From: a virus
Virus record (IMG/VR): IMGVR_UViG_3300032180_000001
Coordinates: 1 to 64,000 of that record
Reading direction: 5' to 3' (one strand)
DNA length: 64,000 nt
Shown: positions 34,291-44,233 of the stretch, piece by piece
Layout: each line of letters opens with the position of its first letter
How positions within the stretch are numbered: position 1 is the stretch's first letter
Made by a program: the position numbers and the translations under genes
The notes under the pieces: model-generated
Databases searched by the model: none
Told to the model about the DNA's origin: nothing
What the model saw: only the letters and a program-made list of their open reading frames with translations

Positions 34291-34962
34291 ATGAGCACTC
34301 CCAAGAGCCCGACCCAGACCGACCTGGCCGTCCGCGCCGCCTTCGAGGCCCACGGCTACGTCCAGGCGAACGGCGCCATCGATCTCACCAAGCTCCGCGA
34401 GACGATGATCCGCCCGCTGATCGAGCGCAAGGTCGTCTCCTACAAGGAGCGCGGCGAGAAGGCCGTCACCCGCGGCGAGCTGGTCGCGCACGTGTTCCCG
34501 GACCTGCCCGGCCCGGACGCCTTCGATGACCAGCCCGACCCCCGGCTCGCCCAGGACGTGTGGGACGCGCTGTCCGCGAAGCTGTGGAACGAGGCTGCCG
34601 TCAACGCGGACAAGCCGCTGCAGCGGATGGTCGCCATCGAGATGGGTAACGGCTACGTGCTGTGCCGGACCCAGATCGGCAGCAACAAGACGGCCGCCGT
34701 GTACGTCACCGACGACGTGCGCTGCATCGAGACCGACTTCGTGAAGCCGGACAACGACGCGCTGCAGCGCAAGGCGAAGGCCGTCACCGACAACCGTGAG
34801 ATGCTGGTGCTCCGCCAGCCGCACAACGCGAAGCGGTACGAGCGCGGCATCAATGAGACCCTAAAGGCGATCGCCGACACGAGCCGACAGCGGGTCGCGC
34901 TCGCGGTGGCCGCCTCGACGGCCCCGGCCCCGTCTGACGATCGGGACGCAGACGAGGGCTAG
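34291..34962 (+). CDS. hypothetical protein
   Basis: 223-aa ORF, strong G/C third-position bias, downstream hairpin near 34974-35009. Confidence 0.75.
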   Translation: MSTPKSPTQTDLAVRAAFEAHGYVQANGAIDLTKLRETMIRPLIERKVVSYKERGEKAVTRGELVAHVFPDLPGPDAFDDQPDPRLAQDVWDALSAKLWNEAAVNADKPLQRMVAIEMGNGYVLCRTQIGSNKTAAVYVTDDVRCIETDFVKPDNDALQRKAKAVTDNREMLVLRQPHNAKRYERGINETLKAIADTSRQRVALAVAASTAPAPSDDRDADEG

Positions 34963-35010
34963 GGTCAGGCTGGCGGGGCGGGTACGCAGGCAGGCGTACC
35001 TGCCCCGCCC

Positions 35011-35616
35011 TTGCACGTCAACAGGGGGCAAACCATGATCAGCAAAGAGGGGCACGACCTTCCCGACGAGATCATCGAAGCGATCATCACCGGGAACATG
35101 AAGCAGAACGAGGTCCGTAAGCAGTTCGGGCTGCCGGAACGCGCGGCACGAGTGGCGGTGATCCGGGCCGATGAGCGCGAGCGCACCCGGGAAAAGGTAG
35201 GTCAAAGATCCGCACCCGCCTCGACGAAAAATCGTAAGGGCTTTACCGGCAAGTCGGCGGATAAGCGTGTCCGGGAGCTGCGGGCGCGGCAGCGCGGCGA
35301 CTACTCCGAGCGAGTGAGGGCGCAGCTGGAGTTCGCGAAGATGTGCGTCGTGCTGGAAGACATTCACATCGAAGACTACGGCCTGGAAGACACCGACACC
35401 TGGCTGGCCGCTGACGTCTACGATGACCTGGTGAGCCTGGCCGAGCACGTGGACCAGCAGCTTTCCGCCGTGCAACGCTATATCAGTGAGCATGACGTGC
35501 TGGCGCGGATCATGAAGCTGCGCGATACCGCAGGCCGGTCGCCGGAAGAGGCGAAAACCGCGCTCCGGCTGGCTAGCCGACTAGAGCAGAAAATGACCCA
35601 GCGGCTCGGCTCGTGA
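35011..35616 (+). CDS. hypothetical helical protein
   Basis: ORF track, coding-like bias. Confidence 0.65.
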   Translation: MHVNRGQTMISKEGHDLPDEIIEAIITGNMKQNEVRKQFGLPERAARVAVIRADERERTREKVGQRSAPASTKNRKGFTGKSADKRVRELRARQRGDYSERVRAQLEFAKMCVVLEDIHIEDYGLEDTDTWLAADVYDDLVSLAEHVDQQLSAVQRYISEHDVLARIMKLRDTAGRSPEEAKTALRLASRLEQKMTQRLGS

Positions 35617-36206
35617 AATTCGGCACCATCATCTGCGACCCTCCCTGGGCTTACGGCTCGGCATCCCGGCATACTCAGAAGGTGCGCGGTTACACGTCCT
35701 ACCGCCACGGCGAGGGCACCGTTTACCAGCCGCTGAGCACGGAAGATTTGTGCAGGCTGCCTGTCGGAGATCTCGCTGCCCCGGACTCGGTTCTGCTGCT
35801 ATGGACGACCGGCCCATTCATTCCAGAGGCTCTTGAGGTAATAGCGGCGTGGGGTTTCACCTACCGGACGGCGGTGTACTGGGGCAAGCTGAAAGCCGAC
35901 GGCACCGTGCATCGGGGCGGGGTCGGATACTGGTTCCGCGGAGCAGCCGAACCGGTGCTGGTGGCAAGCCGGGGGAAATCGTACCGGACGGGGGAGCCAG
36001 GCCTGCTGCTAACACCGAAGCTAGCACACAGCGAAAAACCAGACTGGCTGCACGAGGTAGCGGAACGAAATTTCCCTGGTCCGTACTTGGAACTATTTGG
36101 TCGACGCGGGCGGGGAGACTGGACTGTCATCGGGGATGAAGCTCCTGGTTGCAGGGGAAAAGATATCAGGACAAGCGTGAAAGAACTAAGGGAGGAAAAG
36201 GAATGA
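35613..36206 (+). CDS. MT-A70-family adenine methyltransferase
   Basis: IICDPPW, LLLWTT, AWGFTY...YWGK, HSEKP, YLELFGR. Confidence 0.9.
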   Translation: MKFGTIICDPPWAYGSASRHTQKVRGYTSYRHGEGTVYQPLSTEDLCRLPVGDLAAPDSVLLLWTTGPFIPEALEVIAAWGFTYRTAVYWGKLKADGTVHRGGVGYWFRGAAEPVLVASRGKSYRTGEPGLLLTPKLAHSEKPDWLHEVAERNFPGPYLELFGRRGRGDWTVIGDEAPGCRGKDIRTSVKELREEKE

Positions 36207-36439
36207 GTATGGAAGACGCACGGCTCGATCACTTGACGCAACGACTCGACAATCTACGGGACGCTCTGATCACCAGGGCTGTGAGGATGGAGAAATATGC
36301 CGAAGACGACAAGAGCAAGGGCATGATCCTCCAAAAAGATAATGCCACCCGAGCGCGAGCGGCTGCTTACCTGACCCACGCAGCAATAATGGAAGCCATA
36401 GCCTGGGAATTCCGTGGCTTGGCGGAGGCAGCAGAATGA
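36203..36439 (+). CDS. hypothetical protein
   Basis: Coupled ORF. Confidence 0.55.
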   Translation: MSMEDARLDHLTQRLDNLRDALITRAVRMEKYAEDDKSKGMILQKDNATRARAAAYLTHAAIMEAIAWEFRGLAEAAE

Positions 36440-36777
36440 GCCTGACCGATGCTGAAAGAGAAACTATAATATCCATGTCCGACGCGGGTGATACCGCTCA
36501 GATCTACTCATCGCAGCGGCGGATCATAACAAAGCTCAAAAAGAATGCCGCCGCCGTTCTTCTCGACGAAGGCACCTTCGAAGGCAGCGCGTGGGCGAAA
36601 TTCGAGATGCCGAGAGCGTTGATCAGTTTCCGGTCGACCACGATTAAGCGGGAGATGACCGACGAGCAGCGGCAGGCGGCGGCCGAGCGGTTCGCCAAGT
36701 ACCGGGCCGGTTCCGCGAATAACCTTGACGAGGGTGGTACGGATGAGGATAATGAGGCAGATGAGGATGATGAGTAA
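36436..36777 (+). CDS. hypothetical phage protein
   Basis: ERETII...MTDEQRQAAAER; acidic tail. Confidence 0.65.
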   Translation: MSLTDAERETIISMSDAGDTAQIYSSQRRIITKLKKNAAAVLLDEGTFEGSAWAKFEMPRALISFRSTTIKREMTDEQRQAAAERFAKYRAGSANNLDEGGTDEDNEADEDDE

Positions 36778-37816
36778 GAGAACACGTTTCGGGCTGACGG
36801 CCCTCGCCCTCGCCCTGGCAGCAACGCTGACCGCGGCACTGGGCGCGCAGGCTACGACGGTGAGCGGCACCATCAACGCCGCCGGATCAGTCTTCCAGGC
36901 TAACTTCCAGCGGCCTGCCATCGCGGACTTCAAGTCGGTCGACCCCGGTGTCACGGTTCACTACAGCGCGGTTGGCTCGATCACGGGCCGAGCCGACCTG
37001 TACGCGAACCGGGTGCTGTTCGCCGGCTCTGACTCGCCGATTCCGGCCAGCGAGAAATACCGGATTCCCAAGGGCAAGACGGTTCTGTACTTCCCGGTGC
37101 AGTTCGGCCCGATCGCACTCGCGTACAACCTGCCGGGCGTGACAGGCCTGAAGCTAACCCCGGCCATCATCGCCGGGATCTTCCAGCACACGATCACCCG
37201 GTGGAATAACCCGGCAATCAAGGCCCTTAACCCCGTTTCGCCCCTGCCGTCAACTCTGATCACCCCTGCCGTCCGCTCCGATTCCTCCGATACGACGGCA
37301 AACGTCTCCCAGTACCTTATCGATGCGGCAAGCAGCACGTGGAAGCTCGGCACGGGCGAGACCATCACGTGGCCGACGACGGACCGCAAGGGCACCGGTG
37401 AAGGCGGCGTTGCTCAGATCGTCAAGACCACTCCCGGTGCCATCGGGTACATGGATTACGTGACCTCTAAGTTCGCCGGGCTGAGCACCGCGCTGATCAG
37501 GAACCGGGCCGGCGCTTATGTCGCACCAACAACCGCGTCAGCCTATGCAGCCGCAACGCACGTCATCCCGAACGCCAGCCTGACGTTCCTGACGCTGAAC
37601 GAGCCGGGCGCGGATTCCTACCCGATCACCTACCAGTCATGGGACCTGGTATACGCGCAGCAGCCGAGCGCCATCGACGTAACGCTGCTCCGGGCTTACC
37701 TCGGCTACCTGCTCGGCACGGGCCAGAATCTGCTTCAGGTCCTCTACCTCGCGCCGCTGCCTGCGAGCATCGACAAGGTCGCCAGGACGCAACTGGGTAA
37801 GATCCTGCACAGCTAA
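36767..37816 (+). CDS. pstS: phosphate ABC transporter substrate-binding protein (secreted)
   Basis: Signal peptide; INAAGS, VHYSAVGS, FAGSD, LAYNLPG, ITRWNNPAIKALNP, RSDSSDTT, GAIGY, DSYPI. Confidence 0.9.
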   Translation: MMSKRTRFGLTALALALAATLTAALGAQATTVSGTINAAGSVFQANFQRPAIADFKSVDPGVTVHYSAVGSITGRADLYANRVLFAGSDSPIPASEKYRIPKGKTVLYFPVQFGPIALAYNLPGVTGLKLTPAIIAGIFQHTITRWNNPAIKALNPVSPLPSTLITPAVRSDSSDTTANVSQYLIDAASSTWKLGTGETITWPTTDRKGTGEGGVAQIVKTTPGAIGYMDYVTSKFAGLSTALIRNRAGAYVAPTTASAYAAATHVIPNASLTFLTLNEPGADSYPITYQSWDLVYAQQPSAIDVTLLRAYLGYLLGTGQNLLQVLYLAPLPASIDKVARTQLGKILHS

Positions 37817-37842
37817 AAGAAGAACGATGACGGGGAGGATGG

Positions 37843-38100
37843 ATGATCGACACCGACTGGATGGACGAAGCGGCCTGCGTAGGCGAGGAACAGTTGTTCT
37901 TCCCCGTCAGCTACATACCCGACCGGATACAGACGATCAAGGAACTGTGCGCCAGCTGCCCTGTCCAGCGCGAATGCGAACGGTACGGTGCGGCACTGCT
38001 CAAGGTCCGGATCCCCATCACCCGCGGTTTCTGGGGCGGGTTCTCCGTCGAGGAACTGCGCAGGAGGCAGAAGATGCCAGCTAAGGCGAGACAACGATGA
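37843..38100 (+). CDS. whiB: WhiB-family Fe-S transcription regulator
   Basis: WMDEAAC...LFFP...CASCPVQREC...GFWGG. Confidence 0.9.
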   Translation: MIDTDWMDEAACVGEEQLFFPVSYIPDRIQTIKELCASCPVQRECERYGAALLKVRIPITRGFWGGFSVEELRRRQKMPAKARQR

Positions 38101-38432
38101 GTGGCGTGACGCTGATCCGGGCGGTTTCCACCCAGCCAGTTTCTTCCGGCGAGCAAAGCGAGCAAGCGGGACATTCTGTGCTGTACGTCGCGGTGCGATC
38201 AATTGACGCCGTAGCACTCATTGCGGGCATCACCGGCGAAAGCAACTTCACTGACCTTGATACAAGAGAATGGGGGGTGCTGCGGGTACCCGGACTGGCC
38301 AGGCTGGTCGCGCAGGTGCTCGGCGGGGAGCAGCCGAAGGCCGTCACCTTCATCGGCACCATCACGCACGGCACCTGGGTCAGCTGGTATCCGCCAGGGA
38401 GTGCACCGCCGGTTCCCGAGGAGGATCGATGA
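38097..38432 (+). CDS. hypothetical protein
   Basis: Coupled ORF. Confidence 0.5.
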   Translation: MSGVTLIRAVSTQPVSSGEQSEQAGHSVLYVAVRSIDAVALIAGITGESNFTDLDTREWGVLRVPGLARLVAQVLGGEQPKAVTFIGTITHGTWVSWYPPGSAPPVPEEDR

Positions 38433-38657
38433 CTAGGCGCGAGGCGTACGACGAGCTGCGCAAGCATGGCTTCTATGGCTTGCAGGCGGCGAACATGCTG
38501 CGGCTAGCCGACGAGTACGGCTGCTGCCCGGGCAAGAGAGTCACGGTAGTCGCGAGTGGAGAAGACGACTATGTACTCAACTGGGACGAGCGTGCTAGAG
38601 TGACAGAAGATCTCAAGAGTTAATCAGAGTATCAAAGAAACCACGGGGGTTTTTACC

Positions 38658-39050
38658 ATGAACAAGCCAGCACTCATCACCGCGCTCGCGGCCAGCGCCA
38701 TCGTTGCCATGGGCCTTAGCGCCTGCAGCAGCGGAGGTAGCAGCACGCCGCCCAGCGCTCAGTCCGTCCTCACCAGCGACGGCTACAGCTACGACGCGGC
38801 ATTGACTAACGCGGGCCAGAGCAGCATCACATCGACGCCCGGTTTCCCCAAGGGAGCGCTGTCGTCGATCGCCGTCGGCACCACCGGCAGCAACGTGCAA
38901 ATCGTGCTCGTGCTCGACAGCCAGGGGCTTGCCACCATCGCCGCCGACGGGGCGAAGAAAGACCTGTCCGGCCAGGGGCTGACGATCGCGCAGGACGGTG
39001 ACGTGGTGACCGTAACCGGACCGCTGTCGGCGCTGAGCAACGGCGGCTGA
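38658..39050 (+). CDS. predicted lipoprotein, paralog of 41381..41908
   Basis: Lipobox LSAC; GLTIAQDGDVVTVTG. Confidence 0.75.
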   Translation: MNKPALITALAASAIVAMGLSACSSGGSSTPPSAQSVLTSDGYSYDAALTNAGQSSITSTPGFPKGALSSIAVGTTGSNVQIVLVLDSQGLATIAADGAKKDLSGQGLTIAQDGDVVTVTGPLSALSNGG

Positions 39051-39081
39051 CTCCGCAAAGGGCGAAACGGGGGACGCAACG

Positions 39082-39315
39082 ATGGGGAACAGGCTGACCT
39101 GGAGCAGAACGGAATACAACGAAGTAGGCAAGGCCGGGCTTATCGTTCTTTTCAGCATCAACTACCGGGTAATCTCGACGGATCTGAAATACTACCTGGT
39201 AACCCGGCTGCCCGGCTTCGACCGAAATAAGAAATGGGCCGACGACGATCCGGACGCGCTGAAGAAAGCAGCTGAGAACATTCTCGGCAAGTGGCTGCGG
39301 GAGGTGGGGGCGTGA
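39082..39315 (+). CDS. hypothetical protein
   Basis: ORF track. Confidence 0.55.
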   Translation: MGNRLTWSRTEYNEVGKAGLIVLFSINYRVISTDLKYYLVTRLPGFDRNKKWADDDPDALKKAAENILGKWLREVGA

Positions 39316-39716
39316 GCACCATGCTGATTACGGCGGTATGGGTGAACGAGGACGAGATTTCGATTCCTTCGGTCGTTTCCTGGACCGATGAGGATCCGCT
39401 GACCGTCACCGTCAAGTTCCTGGCCAAGAGCGGGCTGGAAGCCTGGGTTTTCGGCCGGGACCTGATCGCCGACGCGCTCGACGATTCTTCCCCCCTGAGG
39501 TGGCACGGCGAGGGGGATGTGCGGGTAGCCCGGGGGGTCAAGCGGCCCGGTTTGGACAACACCCTGCAACTGTGCCTGCGCACCCCGGCCGGGTCGGCGT
39601 TCCTGCGCACCGACGGGCAGACCATCCGAGACTTCCTCGACGGCACGTACCGGGAGGTGGCCCGCGGTGCGGAAGAGCTAGCCATCGACGACGCCCTCGC
39701 CCGGATTCTTGGTTAG
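39312..39716 (+). CDS. SsgA-family sporulation/cell-division regulator
   Basis: DPLTVTVKF...WVFGRDLI...GEGDVRV...LRTPAGSA...FLDGTYREV.RGAE. Confidence 0.9.
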   Translation: MSTMLITAVWVNEDEISIPSVVSWTDEDPLTVTVKFLAKSGLEAWVFGRDLIADALDDSSPLRWHGEGDVRVARGVKRPGLDNTLQLCLRTPAGSAFLRTDGQTIRDFLDGTYREVARGAEELAIDDALARILG

Positions 39717-39786
39717 AGCTGGCTGCTGGCCGCGAAACAAGGGGAGCAACCCCGCTCCGGACGTTACAACAGAAAAGAACCTCAGG

Positions 39787-41259
39787 ATGCGAAAGAAAAG
39801 AACCGGAATACTCGCGACAGCGGGCGTTTCTCTGGCGGCAGCTCTCACCATTACCGGCCTCGCGGTTTCCGCCGCCCGCGCCACTTCACCCGTCAGTGCC
39901 ACCGCGCTTTCCAGCGTAGTCTTCGGCACCAACATGCCGCTGTTCGACGGTAACGAGCAGATGCTCTCCAACACCGGCACCCAGGCCATCATCAAGGGCT
40001 GGCACACCCCGGTCATCCGCGTGCCGTTCCGCACCGGCCTTTCGGATAGCGTCGAGCTGCAGGCTCTGCAGACGGTTAAGAACATCGGCGCGGCTCCGCT
40101 CGTCATCATCCACGGCGCGGCCGACAGTAACGTCCTGTCCGACGACACCCATCTCCTCGCCCTTACCGCCCAGGTGTTCGGCAGCAGCACGGTGTACGTC
40201 GAGTACGGCAACGAGGAAGACCTGGCCGGGATCGGCGCGCAGCAGTACACCACGTCGTGGAACGCCACCATTCCGTCGCTCAAGGCCGCCCATCCCTCCT
40301 ACAAGTACATCGGCCCGGTCAACTTCCAGCAGAATCCCGGCTACATCGGCTACTTCGTGGGTCACGCGAACCCGCTCCCCGATCTCGTGTCGTGGCATGA
40401 GTACGTCTGCGGCCCGATCGACGCGACGACGATCTGCTTCTCGCACCTCGCGAACTGGAAGACGCACGTTACCAACACCAACAACGCGGAGGTCGCGGCG
40501 ATCGGGCATACCATCCCGTTCTTCATCTCCGAGTGGAACATGGATCCGCAGAACGATCCTCGCTACCTGAATCAGTCGGTCATCGGGCCGTGGACCACCC
40601 AGGCGATTCAGGAGATGGAATCCCTCGTTCCGATGGGCCTGGCCGGGGCGCAGCAGTACTGCGCGGACAGCCACGGCGGCGGCTTCGAGCTGATCGACTC
40701 GTCCAACAACCTCACCTATCAGGGTGCCGCGTTCCAGGGCGCGATGGGGCCGTCTCCCTCTCCGTCACCCACCACCCCGAGCCCGTCGCCGACTACCCCA
40801 TCACCTTCACCGACCACCCCGTCACCCTCGCCGACTCAGACAAGCCCCTCGCCGTCACCGTCGCCCACTCCGGGCAGTATCCGGTATGACTTCGAGAACG
40901 GCACTACCCAGGGCTGGGCACCCGCGTTCGGATCTATCACCGATGCGAACAGCACCGTTCGGGCCTGGTCGGGTACTCACTCCCTTGCCATCACCAGCAC
41001 GGGCGGTTACCAGGCCGTCCGGGGAAGCGCGAGCCTCACGGCCGGAACGCAGGTCACCTACCATGTGTGGTCTCCCGCCGCGGGCGTGCATGTTGTCCCG
41101 TTCGTCACTGCAGGCTGGACGAACACGTTCGCAAGTGGCGTTACCCTCGCCGCAGGCTGGAACATTGTGACCTGGAAGGCTCCCGTCGCGGCTGCCCAGG
41201 CCGGGCTTCAGGTGAACACCTTCACCGGCACCCTCTACCTCGACGCGGTGTCCTGGTAA
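39787..41259 (+). CDS. secreted clan GH-A glycoside hydrolase + Pro/Thr/Ser linker + CBM-like domain
   Basis: Signal peptide; YGNEED acid/base, FISEWN nucleophile; (PSPSPTT)n linker; YDFENGTTQGW. Confidence 0.75.
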   Translation: MRKKRTGILATAGVSLAAALTITGLAVSAARATSPVSATALSSVVFGTNMPLFDGNEQMLSNTGTQAIIKGWHTPVIRVPFRTGLSDSVELQALQTVKNIGAAPLVIIHGAADSNVLSDDTHLLALTAQVFGSSTVYVEYGNEEDLAGIGAQQYTTSWNATIPSLKAAHPSYKYIGPVNFQQNPGYIGYFVGHANPLPDLVSWHEYVCGPIDATTICFSHLANWKTHVTNTNNAEVAAIGHTIPFFISEWNMDPQNDPRYLNQSVIGPWTTQAIQEMESLVPMGLAGAQQYCADSHGGGFELIDSSNNLTYQGAAFQGAMGPSPSPSPTTPSPSPTTPSPSPTTPSPSPTQTSPSPSPSPTPGSIRYDFENGTTQGWAPAFGSITDANSTVRAWSGTHSLAITSTGGYQAVRGSASLTAGTQVTYHVWSPAAGVHVVPFVTAGWTNTFASGVTLAAGWNIVTWKAPVAAAQAGLQVNTFTGTLYLDAVSW

Positions 41260-41281
41260 CTGAATAGGATAATTAAACACG

Positions 41282-41342
41282 CCTGAGCACTGGCGATCGC
41301 AGACGGGCACGCACCGTTTGCGATCGCAGGCACTCAGCCTGA
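41282..41342 (+). ncRNA. conserved intergenic hairpin element, copy 1
   Basis: CCTGAGCACTGGCGATCGC-stem/loop-GCGATCGCAGGCACTCAGCCTGA; second copy at 53553. Confidence 0.55.
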
Positions 41343-41380
41343 TAAAAAGAAGCGTTACCTAACACGGGGGATACCTTACT

Positions 41381-41908
41381 ATGAGACGCAAGAATATCAT
41401 CATCCTGGCAGCCGGAGCCGGAATCGCGGCTATCATCATCGGTGTCGCCAGCAGTGGCGGTGGCGGTACGAGCACAACTAGCAGCAGCAATGGGGGCAGT
41501 ACGAGCGACTCGCAAAACGCGGCTTCCATCCTCCAGGCAAACGGCTACACGGAATTCCCGGCCGCTGACCCGAACGCAGCTGCTCCGATTATCGGAACCT
41601 CCACGCCCGCCACCTACGCCGCTGACCTGTTCCTGCCCTTCCAGGCGGGGTACGCAGCCAGTGGCGGAACAGAGGCATCAGGTTATACCGGGGATCCGTC
41701 AGCCCCGACAATGGAAGAGTCGGTTGTCACCCTGCCCGGGAACGGCATGACCCTGACCACCGATAACCTCAGCAGCGGGATAACGGGCCTGCAGAATGAG
41801 GCTAGCGCATCGGGGGTTACCCTTACTGTCAACGGTGACGTCGTAACGATCTCCGGCACGGCCGCAGCCGTCGAGGCACTGGCCAGCTCGGGCGGGGACT
41901 TCGGCTGA
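41381..41908 (+). CDS. secreted/anchored protein, paralog of 38658..39050
   Basis: N-terminal TM; GVTLTVNGDVVTISG. Confidence 0.7.
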   Translation: MRRKNIIILAAGAGIAAIIIGVASSGGGGTSTTSSSNGGSTSDSQNAASILQANGYTEFPAADPNAAAPIIGTSTPATYAADLFLPFQAGYAASGGTEASGYTGDPSAPTMEESVVTLPGNGMTLTTDNLSSGITGLQNEASASGVTLTVNGDVVTISGTAAAVEALASSGGDFG

Positions 41909-41912
41909 CGCC

Positions 41913-42224
41913 ATGCAGCCCGACGACACTCTCGATGAGACAGCGAAGATCCCGGTGTATAAACAGGCTCCGCCACGCAGCGGGAACGGGGGCGCGATGC
42001 TCTCCTTCATCACCGGGATCTCGCTCGTCCTGCTCAGCGGTGCCTGCTTCTGGACTGCAGGGCTGACCCGAGCGTCGTGCCAGGCGGGGAACCCGGCCTC
42101 GTCTCAGCTGCTGGGCGGCTGCGTGAATGCCGCGAACTTCTGGGATCTCAGCATCGCCGGGATGGCGATCGGCGGAGTGCTGCTGCTCACCGGGGCGATC
42201 CTCAGCGCGGGAAGGCGGTACTAG
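41913..42224 (+). CDS. two-TM membrane protein
   Basis: Two hydrophobic segments with a Cys-containing loop. Confidence 0.6.
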   Translation: MQPDDTLDETAKIPVYKQAPPRSGNGGAMLSFITGISLVLLSGACFWTAGLTRASCQAGNPASSQLLGGCVNAANFWDLSIAGMAIGGVLLLTGAILSAGRRY

Positions 42225-42317
42225 GTCTTTCGACCCTAGTCACATCAGCCTCTCCTGTAACATACTGAGGGAGCAGAACTACAACTACGCAAGCTAACTA
42301 CGAAAGAGCAGATAGTC

Positions 42318-42749
42318 ATGCAAGACGAATCAGTAACGTACGGCGTCCGTGACCGCGAGGGTCAGATCCGCTACGAGGGCAGCCGCAAGGACGCGTTCCG
42401 CGCCAGAAAGGAATTCGGCGGCCTGGTCGTGCGAAACAGGAACGGCATTGTGAAGCCGTGCAAACGCCGTAAGATCTTTCTGTGGTTCTTCCTTGCCGTG
42501 CAAGCGATCTTCCTTATCTGGATCATAACCGGAGTAAGCAGTGCTGGCGGCAGTATTAACTCTGATGCCGTCGCTTACTGCAACGCAAATCAGAACGCAT
42601 ACATCAGTTTTGCAAATTGCGTGTCCGATTACGGTGGCGGTGAGAAGGTGGGTACTGCTATAGGAGCAGGACTCGTCATCACCATCTGGGTCGTAGTCGA
42701 TTTCTTGATCGGACTTACCTACGGAATCTACCGCCTCGTTACTCGTTAA
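42318..42749 (+). CDS. two-TM membrane protein
   Basis: IFLWFFLAVQAIFLIWII...IWVVVDFLIG. Confidence 0.65.
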   Translation: MQDESVTYGVRDREGQIRYEGSRKDAFRARKEFGGLVVRNRNGIVKPCKRRKIFLWFFLAVQAIFLIWIITGVSSAGGSINSDAVAYCNANQNAYISFANCVSDYGGGEKVGTAIGAGLVITIWVVVDFLIGLTYGIYRLVTR

Positions 42750-42760
42750 AGGAGCAGGTC

Positions 42761-43228
42761 ATGAAGAAAATTATCGTCATCGGTGGTCTAATTATTACAG
42801 GGATAACCGCATGCGCGAACACGGCACCAGCGCTTGGCAGCACCGCGAGCATGGGACCGGGCACGAAATACCAGATCGCTGGTTCCACCGCAACTGTGGC
42901 AGCATCAACGCCGAGCGTGAATTACGGCCAGCAGTACTTGGCGGACATCGGCCCGGCCAACGTGGCGGTCAAGGCCGTACCGTCTAACGCAGTCCTCACG
43001 TCGCCAAGCGTCCTCGCGCTTGGAACTGCAACGGCGGACACCGCACGGGAGCTGCTGGCGCAGTCGTGGCCATCGAACGCGCAAGCCGACGTTCACGCGC
43101 TGGCGCTCGATGCCGAAAAGGTGAATACCGACATCAAGGCACAGGACGAAACGGCGTTCCTGTCAGACGCTGAGGCGATGACCGCGCAGGCGCAAGTTGT
43201 TCGAGCCGATCTCGGACTGCCCGCATAG
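42761..43228 (+). CDS. predicted lipoprotein
   Basis: Lipobox ITAC. Confidence 0.7.
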   Translation: MKKIIVIGGLIITGITACANTAPALGSTASMGPGTKYQIAGSTATVAASTPSVNYGQQYLADIGPANVAVKAVPSNAVLTSPSVLALGTATADTARELLAQSWPSNAQADVHALALDAEKVNTDIKAQDETAFLSDAEAMTAQAQVVRADLGLPA

Positions 43229-43241
43229 AAAAGGAATTACA

Positions 43242-43538
43242 ATGGTAATGGCACCGCCACCACAAGATAACAGCCGGACAACAGAAGGAATTACCGTGAC
43301 TACATCAGATGACAATAAAATTAATACAAGCAGTGATCAGAACGTCGCCTTCACTATCAACCTATCCGCACTACTAACAACCCTCGTCGTCTTCGTAGCT
43401 GACCTCGTTGCAGCAACTCTGATCTGGGCAGCGGTCGGGCAAACTACTCACTACTTTCGATTTGTGGAAGGCACGGTGGGTATTTCGGTGCTGGTCATCG
43501 GCATCGGATACGCAATCACAGCGCTACGGCGCTCATGA
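43242..43538 (+). CDS. two-TM membrane protein
   Basis: Hydrophobic segments. Confidence 0.55.
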   Translation: MVMAPPPQDNSRTTEGITVTTSDDNKINTSSDQNVAFTINLSALLTTLVVFVADLVAATLIWAAVGQTTHYFRFVEGTVGISVLVIGIGYAITALRRS

Positions 43539-44209
43539 ATCAGCGCACCTTCTCGGTACGGCGTAGCACCGCGCTAGCGGCATTGGGCGTTACTACGCTC
43601 GCGCTAGCGGGTGTGGCTGTGGGACTTATCGTCTCCGGTACATATCCGCAAACCAAAGTCTCTACGACTACTACGAAAACAGCGGGGGAAACAACTGTCA
43701 ACGGCTGCGTCGCTTGGGCCGCACAGGAAGAAACTTATAACGGCTCAGGGGGTATGTCCAGCGACCCTACCGCACAAAAAATCATCGCGCAGTCTGCCGG
43801 TACAAACTTCAGTCATGATCTGGCAATATGGCTCGCGGATAGTGGGAACCAGGCACTAGCAGAAGCTGATAAAGTTAATGCAGATTGCACAGCAGCCGGA
43901 GTACCTGTTGCGATCAGTGAATCATCAACTACTCCGTCATCTCCTCCTGAATTCTCCGCATCACCTACTTGGTCGGCAAGAGCTGCAACCATCAATGGAT
44001 GTCGTGCTCTATCTATATGGGCGAGCGAGAACAATACATCGAGTCTCAATAATTTTCCGCCTAGCTCGCAAATTAAAAGCATTCTCGTACAATCAGCAGG
44101 CACTTCCTTCAGCTACGATTTGGAAGGGTGGACCGTCGGTAATCCAGACGCCAGTACTATAAACAATGACTGTATAATAGTCGGCGTACCCATGAGCCTT
44201 TCTAGCTAA
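43535..44209 (+). CDS. membrane-anchored protein with two copies of a Cys-Cys domain; paralog of 44234..44692
   Basis: GLIVSGTYP; VNGCVAW...ADC and INGCRAL...NDC. Confidence 0.65.
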   Translation: MNQRTFSVRRSTALAALGVTTLALAGVAVGLIVSGTYPQTKVSTTTTKTAGETTVNGCVAWAAQEETYNGSGGMSSDPTAQKIIAQSAGTNFSHDLAIWLADSGNQALAEADKVNADCTAAGVPVAISESSTTPSSPPEFSASPTWSARAATINGCRALSIWASENNTSSLNNFPPSSQIKSILVQSAGTSFSYDLEGWTVGNPDASTINNDCIIVGVPMSLSS

Positions 44210-44233
44210 AGATACTATATAAGGACAAGAATT

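Noticed and set aside
40750-40870. Tandem DNA repeat
   Set aside because: Explained as the (PSPSPTT)n linker of the secreted glycoside hydrolase
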